This document shows positions 46,064 to 62,902 of a DNA stretch of 64,000 nt, one piece after another. The translations under genes and the position numbers were made by a program. The stretch is from the NCBI GenBank assembly GCA_963555825.3, contig CAUVXB020000002.1, positions 3,488,001-3,552,000 of the forward strand, in the 5' to 3' direction. The first letter of the stretch is position 1. The number at the start of each line of letters is the position of its first letter. The notes below the pieces were generated by a model, which was not told where the DNA came from, searched no databases, and saw only the letters and a list, made by a program, of their open reading frames with translations. The DNA comes from Alphaproteobacteria bacterium (lineage in GTDB: Bacteria; Pseudomonadota; Alphaproteobacteria; JAAXGF01).

Positions 46064-47023
46064 ATGACCCCTGCATCCGCCATCGAGCTTTCCGTCCGGG
46101 CCGACCTGGCCGCGGCGGTCGAGCGCTGGCGGCGCTGGCTGGCCGACGAGCGGCGTGCCTCGGCGCATACGCTCGACGCCTACGGCCGCGACCTCGCCGG
46201 CTTCCTCGCCTTCCTCGCCGAGCACTTGGGCGGCCAGCCGGGTTTGGCCGATCTCGATGCGCTGCGTACCGCCGACTTCCGCAGCTGGCTCGCGCGGCGC
46301 GCCAGCGACGGCTTGAGCGCCGCCTCACGGGCCCGTGCACTGTCCGTGGTGCGCGGTTTCTTCCGCTTCCTCGACCGCGAGGGGCTGGCGCACAACCCGG
46401 CGGTCGCAGCGTTACGCACGCCCAAGCACCAGCGGCCGGCGCCACGGCCACTGACCGTCGACCAGGCGCGCGCCACGCTCGAGGCGGTCGGTGAGCTCGG
46501 CTCGACGCCATGGATCGGCAAACGCGACAGGGCGCTGATCGCGCTGCTCTACGGCGCCGGCCTGCGTATCGGCGAGGCGTTGGGTCTCGACCGCGGCGCC
46601 CTGCCCAGCGCCGGGCGCGGCGACGCGGCGATCGTCATCACCGGCAAGGGCGACAAGCAGCGCGTCGTGCCGCTGCTCGCGGTGGTGCGCGCCGCGATCG
46701 CCGACTATCTCGCCGCCTGCCCCTACCAGCCCGGCGACGACGGCCCGCTGTTCGTCGGCGCCCGCGGCGGCCGGCTCAACGCCAGCGTGGTTCAGGCGCG
46801 ACTACGCCGTTTGCGCGGCTTCCTCGGTCTGCCGGCCAATGCCACGCCGCACGCGCTGCGCCACAGCTTCGCGACCCACCTGCTGGCCGAGGGTGGCGAT
46901 CTGCGCACCATCCAGGAGCTGCTGGGCCACGCCTCGCTCTCGACCACCCAGCGCTACACCGAAGTCGACGCCGAGAGCCTGCTCAGGGTCTACGACGCGG
47001 CGCACCCCAAGGCGCGCGGATGA
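46064..47023 (+). CDS. xerC: Tyrosine recombinase XerC
   Basis: GLR..E, GKG.KQR, TPHALRHSFATHLL and LLGHASLSTTQRY. Confidence 0.93.
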   Translation: MTPASAIELSVRADLAAAVERWRRWLADERRASAHTLDAYGRDLAGFLAFLAEHLGGQPGLADLDALRTADFRSWLARRASDGLSAASRARALSVVRGFFRFLDREGLAHNPAVAALRTPKHQRPAPRPLTVDQARATLEAVGELGSTPWIGKRDRALIALLYGAGLRIGEALGLDRGALPSAGRGDAAIVITGKGDKQRVVPLLAVVRAAIADYLAACPYQPGDDGPLFVGARGGRLNASVVQARLRRLRGFLGLPANATPHALRHSFATHLLAEGGDLRTIQELLGHASLSTTQRYTEVDAESLLRVYDAAHPKARG

Positions 47024-47631
47024 CCGGCCAGGTGATCGTCGACTTCTACTATGGCCTGGGCAGCCGCTATTCCTATCTGGCGGCGACCCAGATCGCCGCG
47101 CTCGAGGCCGCGACCGGCTGCCGCGTCGCATGGCACCCGATCGACAGCCGCGCCCTGATCCCGCGCGGCGGCGGCGACCCGTTCGACGGCAGCGTCATCT
47201 CGGGCCAATACGATTGGGCCTACCGGCAATACGACGCCGAGAGCTGGGCGGCCTTCTACGGCGTGCCCTACAACGAGCCGAATTTCGATGACTATCTGTC
47301 AGCCGAGCTGGCCCGCGCGGCGGGCGCGGCCAAACGGCTCGGCGCCGTCGTGCCATACAGCCACGCGCTGTTTCGCAAGGTCTTCGTCGACGGCGGCGTG
47401 ATCGACGAAACGGTGTACGCAGCGCTCGCCGACGACGTCGGCCTCGACCGCGACGCCTTCGCCGCGACGCTCGCCGACGCCAGCCTCGACGCCGAACTCG
47501 TCGCAACGGTCGACGCCGTGCAGGCGCGCGGCGCCTTCGGCGTACCGACCTTCTTCGCCGGCGAACGCCTGTTCTGGGGCAACGATCGCCTCGTCCTGCT
47601 GCGCCACCACCTGCTTGAAGCAGCTCACTAA
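47020..47631 (+). CDS. 2-hydroxychromene-2-carboxylate isomerase / DsbA-family (GST kappa) protein
   Basis: DFYY...S.YSYLA and GAFGVPTF...LFWGNDR. Confidence 0.88.
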   Translation: MTGQVIVDFYYGLGSRYSYLAATQIAALEAATGCRVAWHPIDSRALIPRGGGDPFDGSVISGQYDWAYRQYDAESWAAFYGVPYNEPNFDDYLSAELARAAGAAKRLGAVVPYSHALFRKVFVDGGVIDETVYAALADDVGLDRDAFAATLADASLDAELVATVDAVQARGAFGVPTFFAGERLFWGNDRLVLLRHHLLEAAH

Positions 47632-47703
47632 TTTAAACGTAAGCAGTATATATTTAATTACGCTGGCAACGTATTGATAAATATATACTGCTTACGTTTA
47701 AAT
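47631..47703. repeat. AT-rich 73-bp hairpin (26-bp perfect inverted repeat) between convergent genes
   Basis: ATTTAAACGTAAGCAGTATATATTTA ... TAAATATATACTGCTTACGTTTAAAT. Confidence 0.9.
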
Positions 47704-48915
47704 GCGGCGCGCCAGGAGCGCCAGCGCGACCGGGCCCATGAAGACGGCGACGCCGAGGCTGGCGAAGGCGAGGCCCCAGCCCGCGAGGTGGTCGGCGCCG
47801 GCGATGTCGAGCACGACGCCGAAGGCGAGCGGGCCGATGAAGGCGCCGACGAAGCCGAGCCCCGAATGCACCGCCATCACCGCGCCACGGCCGCCCTTCG
47901 GCGCGGCCTGCACGGCGCCTGTCGTGATCGCCGCCGAATCGGCGGTGACGAACATGCCGTAGACCATCGCCAACGCGGCGACCAGCGGGAACGGCAAGCC
48001 GGCCGTGAAGCCATAGAGCGCGGCGAGCAGCGCCGAAAGGGTCATGATCGTCGAGACGTAGCGCCGCCGCGTGAAGCGCATGGCGATCTCGCCGCCGATG
48101 ATGCTCGACGGCACCGCGATCAGCGCCACCAGGGTCGCGATCAGCGTGACGTTCCAGCCGCCATAGCCGGGCTGCAGCGTCTGGCTGAAGACCAGGAAGG
48201 CGACGATCCAGCCGCGCAGGCCGAACAGTTCCCAGTTGTGCGCCGCGTAGGCCAGGATGTAGCCCATCGCCTCGCGGTTGCGCAGCACCGGGCGGAAATC
48301 GAGGAGATGCGTCTCGGGCGCCGGATGCGCCGTGCCACGGCGCACGGTCAAGGCCCAGCCGGCGAGCACCATCGAGACCGGCGCGCCGAGAGCGGCGGCG
48401 CCGAAGGCCCACTGCCACGACCAAAGCGTCGCGACCTCGCCGGCGACCAGGAACGAAAGGCTGGTGCCGATGCCGAAGCTCGAGGTGTAGAAGGCGACGG
48501 CGCGCGGCTGGCCCGGCCCCTCGATGCGGTCGGTGAGCGCCTTGAGGCCGGGCATGTAGGTGCCGGCCAGCGCGATTCCGGTGAGGGTGCGGAATATCAG
48601 CGCGCTCCAGAAGCCGTCGGCGATCAACGCGAAGCCGAGCAGGCTCGAGGCCCCCAGCGCGGTCGACAACAGGTAGATGCGCAACGGATCGACCCGGTCG
48701 GTCAGGCTGACCAACACCGGCACCGAAAGCGCGTAGCCGGCGAAATAGATGCCGGTGATCCAACCGGCGTCGGCGTAGCTCAGGGTCCATTCGGCCTGCA
48801 TCGTCGGCAGCAGCGCCGAGAACGTCGTGATGCCCAGCATGCCGAACACCTCGGCGGCGCACATGACGAGGAGCAGGTTGCGGTCGGAGAGTCTCTCGCC
48901 GGCGGGCGGGGTCAA
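47698..48915 (-). CDS. MFS transporter
   Basis: About 12 TM segments, SLTDRVD motif A-like, HNWELFGLRGW. Confidence 0.9.
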   Translation of the reverse strand: MTPPAGERLSDRNLLLVMCAAEVFGMLGITTFSALLPTMQAEWTLSYADAGWITGIYFAGYALSVPVLVSLTDRVDPLRIYLLSTALGASSLLGFALIADGFWSALIFRTLTGIALAGTYMPGLKALTDRIEGPGQPRAVAFYTSSFGIGTSLSFLVAGEVATLWSWQWAFGAAALGAPVSMVLAGWALTVRRGTAHPAPETHLLDFRPVLRNREAMGYILAYAAHNWELFGLRGWIVAFLVFSQTLQPGYGGWNVTLIATLVALIAVPSSIIGGEIAMRFTRRRYVSTIMTLSALLAALYGFTAGLPFPLVAALAMVYGMFVTADSAAITTGAVQAAPKGGRGAVMAVHSGLGFVGAFIGPLAFGVVLDIAGADHLAGWGLAFASLGVAVFMGPVALALLARRI

Positions 48916-48922
48916 GGTTGGG

Positions 48923-50332
48923 TCAGATGTGAATCGGCCGGGCGGCGACGGCGAGCGCCGCTTCGCGCACCGCCTCCGACAACGTCGGGTGGGCGTGGCA
49001 GGTGCGCGCGATGTCCTCGGCCGAGGCGCCGAACTCCATCGCCAGCACCGCCTCGGCGATCATCTCGCCGGCGTCCGGCCCGATCATGTGGACGCCGAGC
49101 ACGCGGTCGGTCGCGGCGTCGGCGAGCAGCTTGACGAAGCCGTCGGTCTGCGCGTTGGTGCGGCCCCGGCTGTTGGCCATGAACGGGAACTTGCCCACCG
49201 TGTAGTCGACGCCGGCGGCCTTGAGCTCTTCCTCGGTCTTGCCGACCGTGGCGACCTCGGGCCAGGTGTAGACGACGCCCGGAATGGTGTCGTAGTTCAC
49301 GTGGCCCGACTGGCCGGCGATGATCTCGACGCAGGCCATGCCCTCGTCCTCGGCCTTGTGCGCCAGCATCGGCCCGGCGACGACGTCACCGATCGCGTGG
49401 ATGCCGTCGACGTTGGTGCGGAAGTGGCTGTCGATCATCACCCTGCCGAGCTCGTCGAGCACGACGCCGACGGCTTCGAGGCCGAGGCCGTCGGTGAAGG
49501 CGCGTCGGCCGATCGAGAGCAGCACGACGTCGGCCTTGATCGTCTCGGCCTCGCCGCCCGCGGCCGGCTCGACGGTCAGCGTGACGTCCTTGGCGCCGGC
49601 CTTGGCCCCGGTCACCTTGGTCTTGAGCCGGAACGTCATGCCCTGCTTGCCGAGGATGCGCTGAAACTGCTTGGAGACCTCGCCGTCCATGCCCGGCGTG
49701 ATGCGGTCGAGAAACTCGACCACGGTGACCCGCGCGCCGAGCCGGCGCCACACCGAGCCGAGTTCGAGCCCGATATAGCCGCCGCCGATGACGACCATGT
49801 GCTTGGGCACCTTAGGCAACGCCAGCGCGCCGGCCGACGACACGATGCGCTTCTCGTCGACGGGCACGCCCTTGAGCGGCATCGGTTCGGAGCCGGTCGC
49901 GACGATGATGTTGGCCGCGCCGAGCACCCGCTCGCCGCCGTCGGCGAGTGTCACCGTGACCTCGCGCTTGCCCGATACCCGACCGGCGCCCGCGACGTAG
50001 TCGACCTTGTTCTTCTTCAACAGATGCGCGATGCCCTTGGTCAGGTCGCCGACGACGCCCTCCTTGCGCTTCATCATCGCCGGCAGGTCGAGCTTGACGC
50101 CCGAGACCTTGACGCCGTGGGCGCCGAGGTGATGGCCGGCGATCTCGAACAGCTCGGAATCGTGCAACAGCGCCTTGGACGGGATACAGCCGACGTTGAG
50201 GCAGGTACCGCCGAGCGTACCGCGGCTCTCGACGCAGGCGGTCGAAAGCCCGAGCTGCGCGGCGCGGATCGCGGCGACGTAGCCACCCGGTCCGCCGCCG
50301 ATGACCACCACGTCGAAGCTGTCGTTTGCCAT
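48923..50332 (-). CDS. lpdA: Dihydrolipoamide dehydrogenase
   Basis: [19 protein letters not shown] and HPTLSE. Confidence 0.97.
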   Translation of the reverse strand: MANDSFDVVVIGGGPGGYVAAIRAAQLGLSTACVESRGTLGGTCLNVGCIPSKALLHDSELFEIAGHHLGAHGVKVSGVKLDLPAMMKRKEGVVGDLTKGIAHLLKKNKVDYVAGAGRVSGKREVTVTLADGGERVLGAANIIVATGSEPMPLKGVPVDEKRIVSSAGALALPKVPKHMVVIGGGYIGLELGSVWRRLGARVTVVEFLDRITPGMDGEVSKQFQRILGKQGMTFRLKTKVTGAKAGAKDVTLTVEPAAGGEAETIKADVVLLSIGRRAFTDGLGLEAVGVVLDELGRVMIDSHFRTNVDGIHAIGDVVAGPMLAHKAEDEGMACVEIIAGQSGHVNYDTIPGVVYTWPEVATVGKTEEELKAAGVDYTVGKFPFMANSRGRTNAQTDGFVKLLADAATDRVLGVHMIGPDAGEMIAEAVLAMEFGASAEDIARTCHAHPTLSEAVREAALAVAARPIHI

Positions 50333-50383
50333 ATCCCTCCCCCTGTCGCCGCGCATTCGACGCCGCGGCGTGTTTGATTCGAC

Positions 50384-51607
50384 TCAGACGTCGAGCAGCA
50401 GCCGCTCGGGGTCCTCGATGCACTCCTTGACGCGCACCAGGAAGGTCACCGCCTCGCGACCGTCGATGATGCGGTGATCGTAGCTCAGCGCCAGATACAT
50501 CATCGGCCGGGCCTCGATCTCGCCGTCGACCACCATCGGCCGTTGCTGGATCTTGTGCATGCCTAAGATGGCCGACTGCGGCGGATTGAGGATCGGCGTC
50601 GACAGCAGCGAGCCGTAAATGCCGCCGTTCGAGATGGTGAAGGTGCCGCCCATCAGGTCCTCGAGCGCGAGCTTGCCGTCGCGCGCCTTGACCGCGACGT
50701 CGTAGATGGCCTTCTCGATCTGGGCGAAACTCATCTGGTCGGCGTCGCGCAGCACCGGCACGACGAGGCCCTGGGGCGAACCGACGGCGACGCCGATGTT
50801 GTAGTAATTCTTGTAGACCAGGTCGGTGCCGTCGACCTCGGCGTTGACCGCCGGGATTTCCTTCAGCGCGACGATCGCCGCCGTAACGAAGAACGACATG
50901 TAGCCGAGGCGCACGCCGTGCTTCTTCTCGAAGGCGTCGCGATAGGTCTTGCGCAGCGCCATCGCCGCCGACATGTCGACTTCGTTGAAGGTGGTCAGCA
51001 GCGCCGCCGTGTTCTGCGCCTCCTTGAGCCGCTCGGCGACGCGCTGGCGCAGCCGCGTCATGCGCACGCGCTCCTCGCGGTCGGCGTCCGGGCGCGGGCC
51101 CGACGGCGCCGGCGCCGGCTTGGCCGCCGGGGCGGCTTCAGGCACCGGCACGGGCGCCGGCGCGGCAGGCGCCGCGCCCTCGAGCGCCTTCAGCACGTCG
51201 CCCTTGGTCAGGCGACCACCCTTGCCGGTAGCCGCGATCGCCGCGGGATCGAGGTCGTTCTCGTCGATCAACTTGCGGACCGCCGGCGACAGCGGCATCT
51301 CGGCGGCCGGCGCCTCGGGCTCGGGCTCGGCGGCGGGCGCTGAGGTGGGCGCTGCGGCCTCGCCGGCGGCGCCTTCCTCGATCAGCCCCAGGACCGCGCC
51401 GACTTCGACGTTCTCGTCCTCGGCGACGCGAATTTCGGCAAGCCGGCCGGCAGCCGGCGCCGGCACCTCCATGGTGACCTTGTCGGTCTCGAGCTCGACC
51501 AGCATTTCGTCGGCGGCGACAGCGTCGCCCGGCGCCTTGAACCATTTTGCAACGGTCGCTTCGGTCACCGACTCGCCCAGCGCGGGCACCTTGATTTCAA
51601 CGCTCAT
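50384..51607 (-). CDS. sucB: 2-oxoglutarate dehydrogenase E2
   Basis: Lipoyl ETDKV, E3-binding domain and SYDHRIIDG. Confidence 0.97.
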   Translation of the reverse strand: MSVEIKVPALGESVTEATVAKWFKAPGDAVAADEMLVELETDKVTMEVPAPAAGRLAEIRVAEDENVEVGAVLGLIEEGAAGEAAAPTSAPAAEPEPEAPAAEMPLSPAVRKLIDENDLDPAAIAATGKGGRLTKGDVLKALEGAAPAAPAPVPVPEAAPAAKPAPAPSGPRPDADREERVRMTRLRQRVAERLKEAQNTAALLTTFNEVDMSAAMALRKTYRDAFEKKHGVRLGYMSFFVTAAIVALKEIPAVNAEVDGTDLVYKNYYNIGVAVGSPQGLVVPVLRDADQMSFAQIEKAIYDVAVKARDGKLALEDLMGGTFTISNGGIYGSLLSTPILNPPQSAILGMHKIQQRPMVVDGEIEARPMMYLALSYDHRIIDGREAVTFLVRVKECIEDPERLLLDV

Positions 51608-51634
51608 TGTCGCCTCGACCCTCCCGGTGTCGGC

Positions 51635-54520
<2,886 letters not shown>

Positions 54521-54588
54521 GGTCCTAATACCGTAGTGAATTGGGTGTGCTTCGCATGTCTTCCCTAACCGGTCGTTGACCGCCGGCC

Positions 54589-54857
54589 AGCCCGGCGTTC
54601 TCACCATGGACAGGCGCGTCATCGCGTCGGGCGGTCGCCGAGCCGCCAGGAGAAGGTCGCGGAGCGTGGCCCGGGCCACGGTCAAGGCCTTCGACGCCGC
54701 GGGCGGCCCGCCCGGCGCGACCCTTAAGGGCGGCGGATCTCGGACGACAGGCCGCGTCAAAGCGCTTGCCCGATGCGCAAGCATCGCGCCGCGCGCTTTT
54801 CCTAGCCTGTCGTCCGATATCCGCCGTGCCGCACCTGTCCATGGTGAGAACTCCGAG

Positions 54858-54859
<2 letters not shown>
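54589..54859. mobile_element. Family A MITE-like repeat, copy 2
   Basis: Homologous to 19777-20046; end overlaps the sucD TAG stop. Confidence 0.88.
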
Positions 54860-56902
<2,043 letters not shown>

Positions 56903-57034
56903 TCGGACCTTACTGACGCCTGTTCTTGGGCGGAACAGACGACCCGGCGGTTACGATCGCGATCTACTTTAGCACTCGAAAATCCCCGCGCAACCCGTTG
57001 TGACGGGGAAACATCTGAACCGCCGGGGAAAACT

Positions 57035-57307
57035 GGCCCGGCCTTCTCACCATGGACAGGTGCGGCACGGCGGATATCGGACGACAGGCTAGGAAAAGCG
57101 CGCGGCGCGATGCTTGCGCATCGGGCAAGCGCTTTGACGCGGTCCTGTCGTCCGAGATCCGCCGCCCTTAAGGGTCGCGCCGGGCGGGCCGCCCGCGGCG
57201 TCGAAGACCTTGACCGTGGCCCAGGCCACGCTCCGCGGCCTTACTCCTGGCGGATCGGCGACCGCCCGACGCGATGACGCACCTGTCCATGGTGAGAAGT
57301 CCGGGCT
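57035..57307. mobile_element. Family A MITE-like repeat, copy 3 (inverted)
   Basis: Reverse complement of copies 1 and 2. Confidence 0.88.
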
Positions 57308-57317
57308 GGGCGTGTTA

Positions 57318-58492
57318 TACCAGTGAGCCTATGAAATCACCTTCATGATCCATGGATAGGCGCAGAGGGTTCGCATACGATCCGGTTCTGCGATGAGGTC
57401 GATCCATGCTTGGCAACAGGCGTCGATGATGGCCTCGGTGTCGTCGAGGACGCGGAGCGATAGGAAGCGTTCGCGTAGGTAGAGCCAAACCCGCTCGACG
57501 GGGTTGAGTTCGGGACTGTAAGGCGGCAACAGCGCCAAGGTGACGTTGTCGGGGACGGTGAGGGCGCGCTCGTCGTGCCAACCGGCGCCGTCGCACATCA
57601 TGACGGCGTGCGCATCCTGGTCCAGGGTATCGGCGAAGTGTGCGAGAAACAGGTCCATGACCTTGGCGTTGACGCTCGGCATCACCAGGGTGACGTCGTC
57701 GCCGGTGTCCGGGCGCACGGCGGAGAAGATGTAGGCCCACTGGTAGCCGATTTGACGCGTCCCGGGGGCACGCTCGCCCCTGCGCCACCACCGGTGACAC
57801 ACCCGGCCCTTGTTGCCGACGCGCGCTTCATCCTGAAACCACAGCTGTAGGCGCTTGTCGGGATGCGCCGCGGCGGTCGCCTTCAGGATGTCGCGAAGCC
57901 CCCTTTTTTGAAGCGCTCCTGCGCTTCGGCGTCCCTTCGCGGGTGGCTCGGGCGCGCCTTCTGGCGGGAAAATCCCATCCGCCGTAGAACCCGGGTCATG
58001 CTCGAGGGGTGGTAGGTCTTGGCGAAGCGCTCCTCCAGCCAGCGGCACAGATCGGCCCGGGTCCAGGCGCAAACCCCGTCGCGCTCAGGCTCCGGCCCGG
58101 CGATGATGACCGCCGCCAGCGCCGCTTCCTCGTCTGCCGTCAGCCGCCGCGGCGAGTAGCCCTTTGGACGGTCGTGAAGCCCCTCCAATCCCTTTGCATT
58201 GTAACGAACAACCGCGTCGCGAAGCGTTTGGCGATCCATCCCCGCAAGCCGCGCGGCATCAGCCCGGGGCATCTCCTCCAAAGCATTCGCGATCCCATAG
58301 GCCCGCGCCGCCGCTCGACCGTACGATTCCACGCGAGCCCAGCGCCGAAGCTCCAAAGGCGTCAAATCATCCCGTATCTTGAGTGCTGATCCCATGACAT
58401 CCCCCACATCTGGTGGGAGACCATAGAATCACAATCCGCCATCATCCGCCATCAATGAATATCCCGAGAGTCAATTCAGGCGCTCACTGGTA
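57318..58492 (-). mobile_element. IS630-family insertion sequence, copy 1
   Basis: TIR TACCAGTGAGC, flanked by (T)TA duplication; appears identical to 59552-60726. Confidence 0.93.
57329..58395 (-). CDS. IS630 transposase, two ORFs joined by a probable -1 frameshift
   Basis: HTH ORF 57883-58395 plus DDE ORF (FQDEAR, CDGAGWH, LPPYSPELNPVE); slippery AAAAAAGGGGG at about 57899-57909. Confidence 0.9.
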
Positions 58493-59467
<975 letters not shown>

Positions 59468-59551
59468 CTACCTACTCCCTTTCCCGGTACGCCGCAAGTG
59501 GCCCAAAAATGTCGTCGCAAGACTCAATTCGAATCGGGCCAAATGGGCTTA

Positions 59552-60726
59552 TACCAGTGAGCCTATGAAATCACCTTCATGATCCATGGATAGGCGCAGA
59601 GGGTTCGCATACGATCCGGTTCTGCGATGAGGTCGATCCATGCTTGGCAACAGGCGTCGATGATGGCCTCGGTGTCGTCGAGGACGCGGAGCGATAGGAA
59701 GCGTTCGCGTAGGTAGAGCCAAACCCGCTCGACGGGGTTGAGTTCGGGACTGTAAGGCGGCAACAGCGCCAAGGTGACGTTGTCGGGGACGGTGAGGGCG
59801 CGCTCGTCGTGCCAACCGGCGCCGTCGCACATCATGACGGCGTGCGCATCCTGGTCCAGGGTATCGGCGAAGTGTGCGAGAAACAGGTCCATGACCTTGG
59901 CGTTGACGCTCGGCATCACCAGGGTGACGTCGTCGCCGGTGTCCGGGCGCACGGCGGAGAAGATGTAGGCCCACTGGTAGCCGATTTGACGCGTCCCGGG
60001 GGCACGCTCGCCCCTGCGCCACCACCGGTGACACACCCGGCCCTTGTTGCCGACGCGCGCTTCATCCTGAAACCACAGCTGTAGGCGCTTGTCGGGATGC
60101 GCCGCGGCGGTCGCCTTCAGGATGTCGCGAAGCCCCCTTTTTTGAAGCGCTCCTGCGCTTCGGCGTCCCTTCGCGGGTGGCTCGGGCGCGCCTTCTGGCG
60201 GGAAAATCCCATCCGCCGTAGAACCCGGGTCATGCTCGAGGGGTGGTAGGTCTTGGCGAAGCGCTCCTCCAGCCAGCGGCACAGATCGGCCCGGGTCCAG
60301 GCGCAAACCCCGTCGCGCTCAGGCTCCGGCCCGGCGATGATGACCGCCGCCAGCGCCGCTTCCTCGTCTGCCGTCAGCCGCCGCGGCGAGTAGCCCTTTG
60401 GACGGTCGTGAAGCCCCTCCAATCCCTTTGCATTGTAACGAACAACCGCGTCGCGAAGCGTTTGGCGATCCATCCCCGCAAGCCGCGCGGCATCAGCCCG
60501 GGGCATCTCCTCCAAAGCATTCGCGATCCCATAGGCCCGCGCCGCCGCTCGACCGTACGATTCCACGCGAGCCCAGCGCCGAAGCTCCAAAGGCGTCAAA
60601 TCATCCCGTATCTTGAGTGCTGATCCCATGACATCCCCCACATCTGGTGGGAGACCATAGAATCACAATCCGCCATCATCCGCCATCAATGAATATCCCG
60701 AGAGTCAATTCAGGCGCTCACTGGTA
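59552..60726 (-). mobile_element. IS630-family insertion sequence, copy 2
   Basis: Same TIRs and (T)TA flanks; direct orientation relative to copy 1. Confidence 0.93.
59563..60629 (-). CDS. IS630 transposase (frameshift-joined), copy 2
   Basis: Translations identical to copy 1. Confidence 0.9.
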
Positions 60727-60754
60727 TTAGGCACATGAACGAAGGGTGTGTCGC

Positions 60755-61826
60755 CTACCTACCGAGAATATGATTGCGAAGCGAATGGCGATCGGGGGCC
60801 CGATATCCCGGCATCCGATGAACTGGCTCCGCTTGGGAAGGCACTTCATGCCGCGTCGGGACGCCCAACAATGTCATCAGGTCGCGCGCCACGGACTCGC
60901 TTGGCCAATAGTCACCGTGGCGCGCACCAACCAGCTGCTTTCGTGAGCTACCGAAGCTTTGTGGGCTGCCGTTCAAACCAACAGCCGAAAAATAGGCCTT
61001 GGACTCATGACCCAGGCTGTGTAAAAACCGCCCCCGAGCGCTATTGGCACGATTTTCTCTAACTTCTCGAATTTCTAAACTCAACAAAATCAACATCTTA
61101 TCAGAGGGCACTTTAGAAGAATTGACCGAGCACTCTCCTGTTAGTGGTATTTTCCGACGTTTTTACACAGCCTGGACCCATTGCGAACGCAAGACTCTGC
61201 CCGGCGGGAAAAGCAAAACGCAGAACGGGATCGTCCGGAGAATACAGCACAAGGACGCGGGGATCGGCGCGGACGACACCTGCCCGTAGCTCTCCTCCGC
61301 TCTCGACCAATTCAACCGGAACGGCAGCGGCGGCCAAAAGTAGAAAACGTACTTTTGGGAAGCCCGGTGCATCTCCCCGGGCGTACAACGAAAGCATCTC
61401 CAGGACGAGGCGGCAGCCCATTGAATGGCCGACCAAACTGACCTCCCGAAGTCCAGGTATTCCCGCCAGGAATCTCGCGAACACCTGGGCGGATTCCTTT
61501 GCGTCGGAAATTTCGGTCGGATAGCTCAAGAATGAGAATATCCAGAGATCGGCATCGCCCGGCCAGAAGAACTTACCAACATCTGGTTTGGCCCCGCCTG
61601 TCCGAATGTCCCCGCGAGATAACAGCGCGTCAAGATTATCGAGAAAATTGCTGTACGCGGCTCGCGCATCGGCCATGTTGTTGTTGTAACCGTGCACGAG
61701 TAAGACGATGTGCCCACTCGGCGGCGCCGCGAATCGCGGCGGATGTTCTACACTCGGTCGTACCGGTCCGCCAGTTTGGGCAATGCGTACCGACAGCTCG
61801 TAGGCGGCGCCGAACACGTAATTCAT
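60755..61826 (-). pseudogene. Alpha/beta hydrolase (DUF900-like) interrupted by a MITE
   Basis: VHGYNN, FFWPG, GHSMG nucleophile elbow and YSPDD. Removing the MITE restores AMGHESKAY...HGDYW to stop 60755. Confidence 0.82.
61013..61174. mobile_element. 162-bp MITE with IS1182-like TIRs
   Basis: 16-bp perfect TIR CAGGCTGTGTAAAAAC; GACC duplication at 61009-61012 and 61175-61178. Confidence 0.92.
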
Positions 61827-62629
61827 CCCCTCTTTGGCTTTAGAACCTTCGAGAAATCATTGATCATCGGCGCCAAAAGTCCGCCAGCGACCGCCACGAG
61901 TATCCAGAGGAGAAGATCCCCCAAACTCGATGTGGAGCCGCCGCCAAACACACCTGCGCCGAGGAATATGAACAGGCCACTTACGACTACCGACCAAACA
62001 TGCAGGCGTCGGCTCCATTGAGATGTCATCGCGATCATGATGCCATCGAGGCTTCGCTGGAAGTGACTGGCGATCCGATTTCGCGCCTCGACGTAACGCT
62101 CCAGTTCCCTGTGCACCTCTTCGCGTCGCTCCGTGGACGGTTCGTCTCCCTCCTTGGGCGAAACATCAGGACGGCCACCGAATAGAATTTTGAAATCCGA
62201 CGAATCGGCATTCCTCGCGAGGGTTATGATTAGCGCGCGATAGCGGTCTGGTGTCTCGAGAGCCATTTGCAAGGCGGCGTTGATCTGTCCGGCCAACTTC
62301 TCGACGCGTTGATCGTAAAGCGCCCATTGATCGCCTGCCGTCGCAAGCTCATGGAGCTGCGCGAGCACAACGTCGATGGATAACTCCACCGTCGTTCCAT
62401 CACTCGTGGTTATCGATCCGGGCGCTCGTCGCTTCAACCAATTCCGAATCCATTGCTCATTCCACCAGCGGCGAAGACCCAGCACCTTTTTGCCAAACTC
62501 GATCAACGCCATTGCCAACACGCCGACTGACGCGAGTGCTGCCGCAATTGGGCCGAACGTGCCGGCGAAATCCTGCAGAGCACCTTCGATTGCGGTCGGT
62601 ACAAATTCAGTCCAGTTCATTGCATCCAT
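61823..62629 (-). CDS. Hypothetical membrane protein (about 3 TM)
   Basis: One N-terminal and two C-terminal hydrophobic helices; GGAG RBS; ATGA overlap with the hydrolase; lower GC than flanks. Confidence 0.78.
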   Translation of the reverse strand: MDAMNWTEFVPTAIEGALQDFAGTFGPIAAALASVGVLAMALIEFGKKVLGLRRWWNEQWIRNWLKRRAPGSITTSDGTTVELSIDVVLAQLHELATAGDQWALYDQRVEKLAGQINAALQMALETPDRYRALIITLARNADSSDFKILFGGRPDVSPKEGDEPSTERREEVHRELERYVEARNRIASHFQRSLDGIMIAMTSQWSRRLHVWSVVVSGLFIFLGAGVFGGGSTSSLGDLLLWILVAVAGGLLAPMINDFSKVLKPKRG

Positions 62630-62902
62630 GATTCACCACTCCGTTTCGTGCGCAATCCAACGAAATAGGCTGCGGCGACACGATAGTGCCCACAATTGCT
62701 GGCAGACGATTATGGTTGGACGCGCCATTGATGCCTGATCTTGGCCTTGATCCGCTCGTTCGCGAGCGACCCTTGGTAGCACTGGGACATTGTACTGCAT
62801 TTGGATGTAATATTATCAAAAAATGCGATCATCAGTTGCTACGAACAAATCAGCGGCAGAGAATCCCCCCGCGACATGGTCTGTTGGTCCGCGTGCATCC
62901 GC

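Noticed and set aside
46064-47023. XerC as the island or cassette integrase
   Set aside because: Housekeeping context (DUF484-xerC), core-like GC, and 27 kb from the sites; the sites do not resemble dif.
54521-54784. 88-aa N-terminal extension of SucA in the ORF track
   Set aside because: It is read through the family A repeat; conserved SucA begins at ATG 54520.
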